From Cyanophora paradoxa CCMP329 (lineage: Eukaryota; Plantae; Glaucophyta), in NCBI GenBank assembly GCA_004431415.1, contig QPMI01000152.1, positions 186,001-250,000 of the forward strand: a DNA stretch of 64,000 bases, read 5' to 3'. The notes under the pieces are model-generated. The model was not told the origin of the DNA. It saw only the letters and a program-made list of their open reading frames with translations, and made no database searches. Positions 61,428 to 64,000 of this stretch are shown here, piece after piece. A program made the position numbers and the translations under genes. Each line of letters opens with the position of its first letter. The first letter of the stretch is position 1.

Positions 61428-63055
61428 ATGGACGGACTTCAGGTCGACAAGATTGAAATCCGTGCGGCACCCGCGCGACGCGCTGGCGCTACTGCGTCAT
61501 TGCCGTACAGCGCGCTGATCCTGCGACGTACGCGCAGCACTTCCATTGGACCTGGCCAAAACCCGTTTCCTGCTCACATGCGACGCGTACACGGGATCCA
61601 AGGAGGAACTGAAGAAGCAGCTGCTAGATGCCGTTGTCTCCAGAAGTGCGGGCGCGCTGCGCATGTGCCGCGCTGGCCCGTCTGACAGCTGCATCGCAGA
61701 AATGGCGCCCCTGTACGCCGAGCTGTGCACGGAACTGGGATGGCAAAAGGATGAGGCGTTGCTCGAGAGTATGAAGACCGCGAACCGCGATGAGCTGGCG
61801 AAACTGGAGGAAACCTTGGCCGACGCGGAGAAGAACCTTGGCGAGAACGAGGTGCGGGAAGCGCTCGTTGCGAAGGCGGACTTCTTTGCTCGTATCGGGG
61901 ACAAGGTTCGCACTGCTCTAGATGCGCGTTCAAGCTGGGGTCGCCGCCTGAAGCTTGTGCTCAGGAGAACGCCCTCACCGCGTATCGCGTGGCCGGGACC
62001 AAGACTGTGGCGCTCGGTCAGCGCATTGATCTAGTGCTTGCAACGCTGCGAATCGGTCTGTTCTGGATGGACGTCGATGTGGTAGTGCGCAACCTTGAGA
62101 AAGCGAAGAGGTGCGCCACCCTGAGGTCCAGCGAGCTTCTAGTCTGAGTGCTTCCGTGCAGCCTCGTCGAAGAAGGTGGAGACTGGGAGCGTCGGAACCG
62201 GTTGAGAGTGTACGAGGCAACGTGGTGCATGGCAACGCGCGATTTCAAGAAGGCTGCGACCCTGTACCTCGAGTGTCTCGCGACATTCACCGCCTATGAA
62301 CTCTGCTCTTTCAACGACTTTGTTTTCTACACTGTTATGACTTCGATGGTGTCTCTTGACCGGGTGTCCCTCCAGAAGAAGGTTTGCTGAACATGCTCTC
62401 TGTTGCCTTCTGTTTTTCATATCTCTGCTCAGGTCGTCGACGCCCCCGAAATCCTCTCCGTCATCGGAGAAATTCCCTACCTTCGTCAGTATGTCGACTC
62501 CCTGCACAACTGCAAGTACAGCGCCTTCTTCGATGCACTCGGTGCATTCGCCGCACCTTCAGTCCAGTCGCTGTTCTCATTCGCATTCCCTCTCTCGCCA
62601 GCAAACCTCGCGACCAGCATCAAGGTTGACCGCTACCTCGCCGCTCACTTGCGGTTCTACATGCGTGAGATGCGTGTGGTGGCCTACGCCCAGTTCTTGG
62701 AGTCGTACCAGAGTGTCACCATCAACAGCATGGCAACAGCATTTGGCGTCTCTGCCGATTTTCTGGACAGGTGCACTTTCTGCGGTCATTCTTCAATCCA
62801 TCGTTCCTGATGCGGGTCCTGCAGGGAGCTGTCGCAGTTCATTGCCTCAAACCGCATTCACTGCAAGATCGACAAGGTCTGTGCATCTGCCTCTGCTATC
62901 TTGATTCAGATTTGGTTAACACCCCCTTGCAGGTTGCCGGCATTATTGAGACGAACCGACCAGACTCCAAGAATTCCTACTACCAGCAAATGATCAAGCA
63001 AGGCGATCTCCTCCTGAATAGGCTACAAAAGCTCTCCAGGGTCATCAATGTATGA
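61428..63055 (+). CDS. PSMD6: 26S proteasome non-ATPase regulatory subunit 6 (Rpn7)
   Basis: [102 protein letters not shown]. Confidence 0.98.
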
Positions 63056-63109
63056 GAAGCATTGATGTACAGGCTTGTCTCATCCTCTGTAATTTCACAC
63101 GCTACCACA

Positions 63110-64000
63110 CTACGTATTATCCATCTGCGTAGCCTGCTCTAAGTGTTGAAGTATGCGATCTAGAAACTCTGAAGACCTATGCCTAGACTTTGCTGCTGTG
63201 GCTTCCGTCCGAATGACTTCAGGGTTTACGTGGGAGCATGCTTCTAGTACCTGGCAGACGGCTTCTTGTACCTCCCGATTCGAGTCATCTGATAACATGT
63301 TAGGCAGGCAAGGCATGCAGTGCGGTGCCACAGGCGAAAATTTCACCTAGATGGACCAAAAGCGCCTTGACCATGTAGCCAAATAACGACGATGACCAGT
63401 TGGCAGGGAGGGCCTTGGCAAACACCTGGAAGGCCTTGCAGAGCTCAATGCGGATCCGGTCATTACTGTCGTCGAGTCGCTTCAGTAACTCGGGGTAAAT
63501 AAGCCGAATCTCATCCTCTGCAACACAATCAGAAGATGCGAAAACCTGCATTGCAAGTGTCATCACCTGTGATCGAATGACCAAGCAGGGTGAAGAGGTG
63601 ACGGAAGGCGCCACAGGTCAAGAAGCGTGTGTCAGGGTCGTAGTCGTCCTCCAGGCAAGAGTTCAGCACGGGGAGCATCTCGCCAAAGACTTCGAGAGCA
63701 TGTGCACGAGAGATCACGTCTCGGCCTAGGAAAGAGTACATGCAGGCCATACACGTCTGTGAGAGTGCGCACACCATTATGACTGAACACCGGATTGGAC
63801 AAGAAGTCAAGAAAAACAACCTTGCGAATGAAAGCTGCTGCTCGGCCAACGCGCCAGATGCAGTTTGGGATCATAATCTCTTGCAGGATTCTGCCGCCAT
63901 ATGGAGCCGCATTCTTGCAGAAGTCATCGCTGCCCGTCATGTTGTTCAGGGTCGCGAGCATGCTGCGCCACGTTTAAGCACACTACAAAGGCAAAAAAAA
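63110..64000 (-). CDS. DNAAF5: Dynein axonemal assembly factor 5 (HEATR2), 3' part
   Basis: IPNCIWRVGRAAAFIR, IYPELLKRLDDSNDRIR, LLVHLDDSNREVQEAVCQVL, AKSRHRS; runs off the window end. Confidence 0.85.

Noticed and set aside
1-64000. Alternative genetic code or stop-codon readthrough
   Set aside because: In-frame stops in conserved genes fall inside introns; genes end in TAA, TAG or TGA.
1-64000. tRNA or rRNA genes
   Set aside because: No cloverleaf or rRNA signature recognised by eye; tRNAscan-SE/Infernal would be needed to exclude them.

Overview
Gene-dense eukaryotic nuclear DNA with about 24 protein-coding genes split by many short (mostly ~50-70 nt) spliceosomal introns, so the six-frame ORF track is largely misleading; gene models here were spliced by hand and boundaries are approximate. 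Plastid-targeted RbfA and TatA with an N-terminal Phe (MQAF-, MSSAF-), a ciliary dynein assembly factor (DNAAF5) and high intron density point to a flagellated primary alga, most likely a glaucophyte (Cyanophora-like; inference). Recognisable genes: PAF1, SMC2, a small ubiquitin-like protein, RPL18A, ERG2, PUM3/PUF6, DUF1365, rbfA, EFG1, a double zinc-ribbon/kinase, SOF1/DCAF13, SPG1/TEM1, RPLP0, F-box/LRR, cNMP-binding protein, tatA, GTF3C3, MORN-BTB, PSMD6, DNAAF5. The main accessory element is a ~3.2 kb rearranged tandem array (13.0-16.2 kb) of PD-(D/E)xK/Vsr-like endonuclease genes resembling giant-virus nucleases, with a host-type intron kept in three copies, sitting head-to-head with the RPL18A promoter. 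Other notable signals: a tandem Zn-ribbon-pseudokinase/Zn-ribbon-kinase of cyanobacterial type, frequent GC-AG introns with a GYSCGC donor, introns with paired ends, micro-exons down to 7 nt, and alternating multi-kb very GC-rich and moderate-GC domains.
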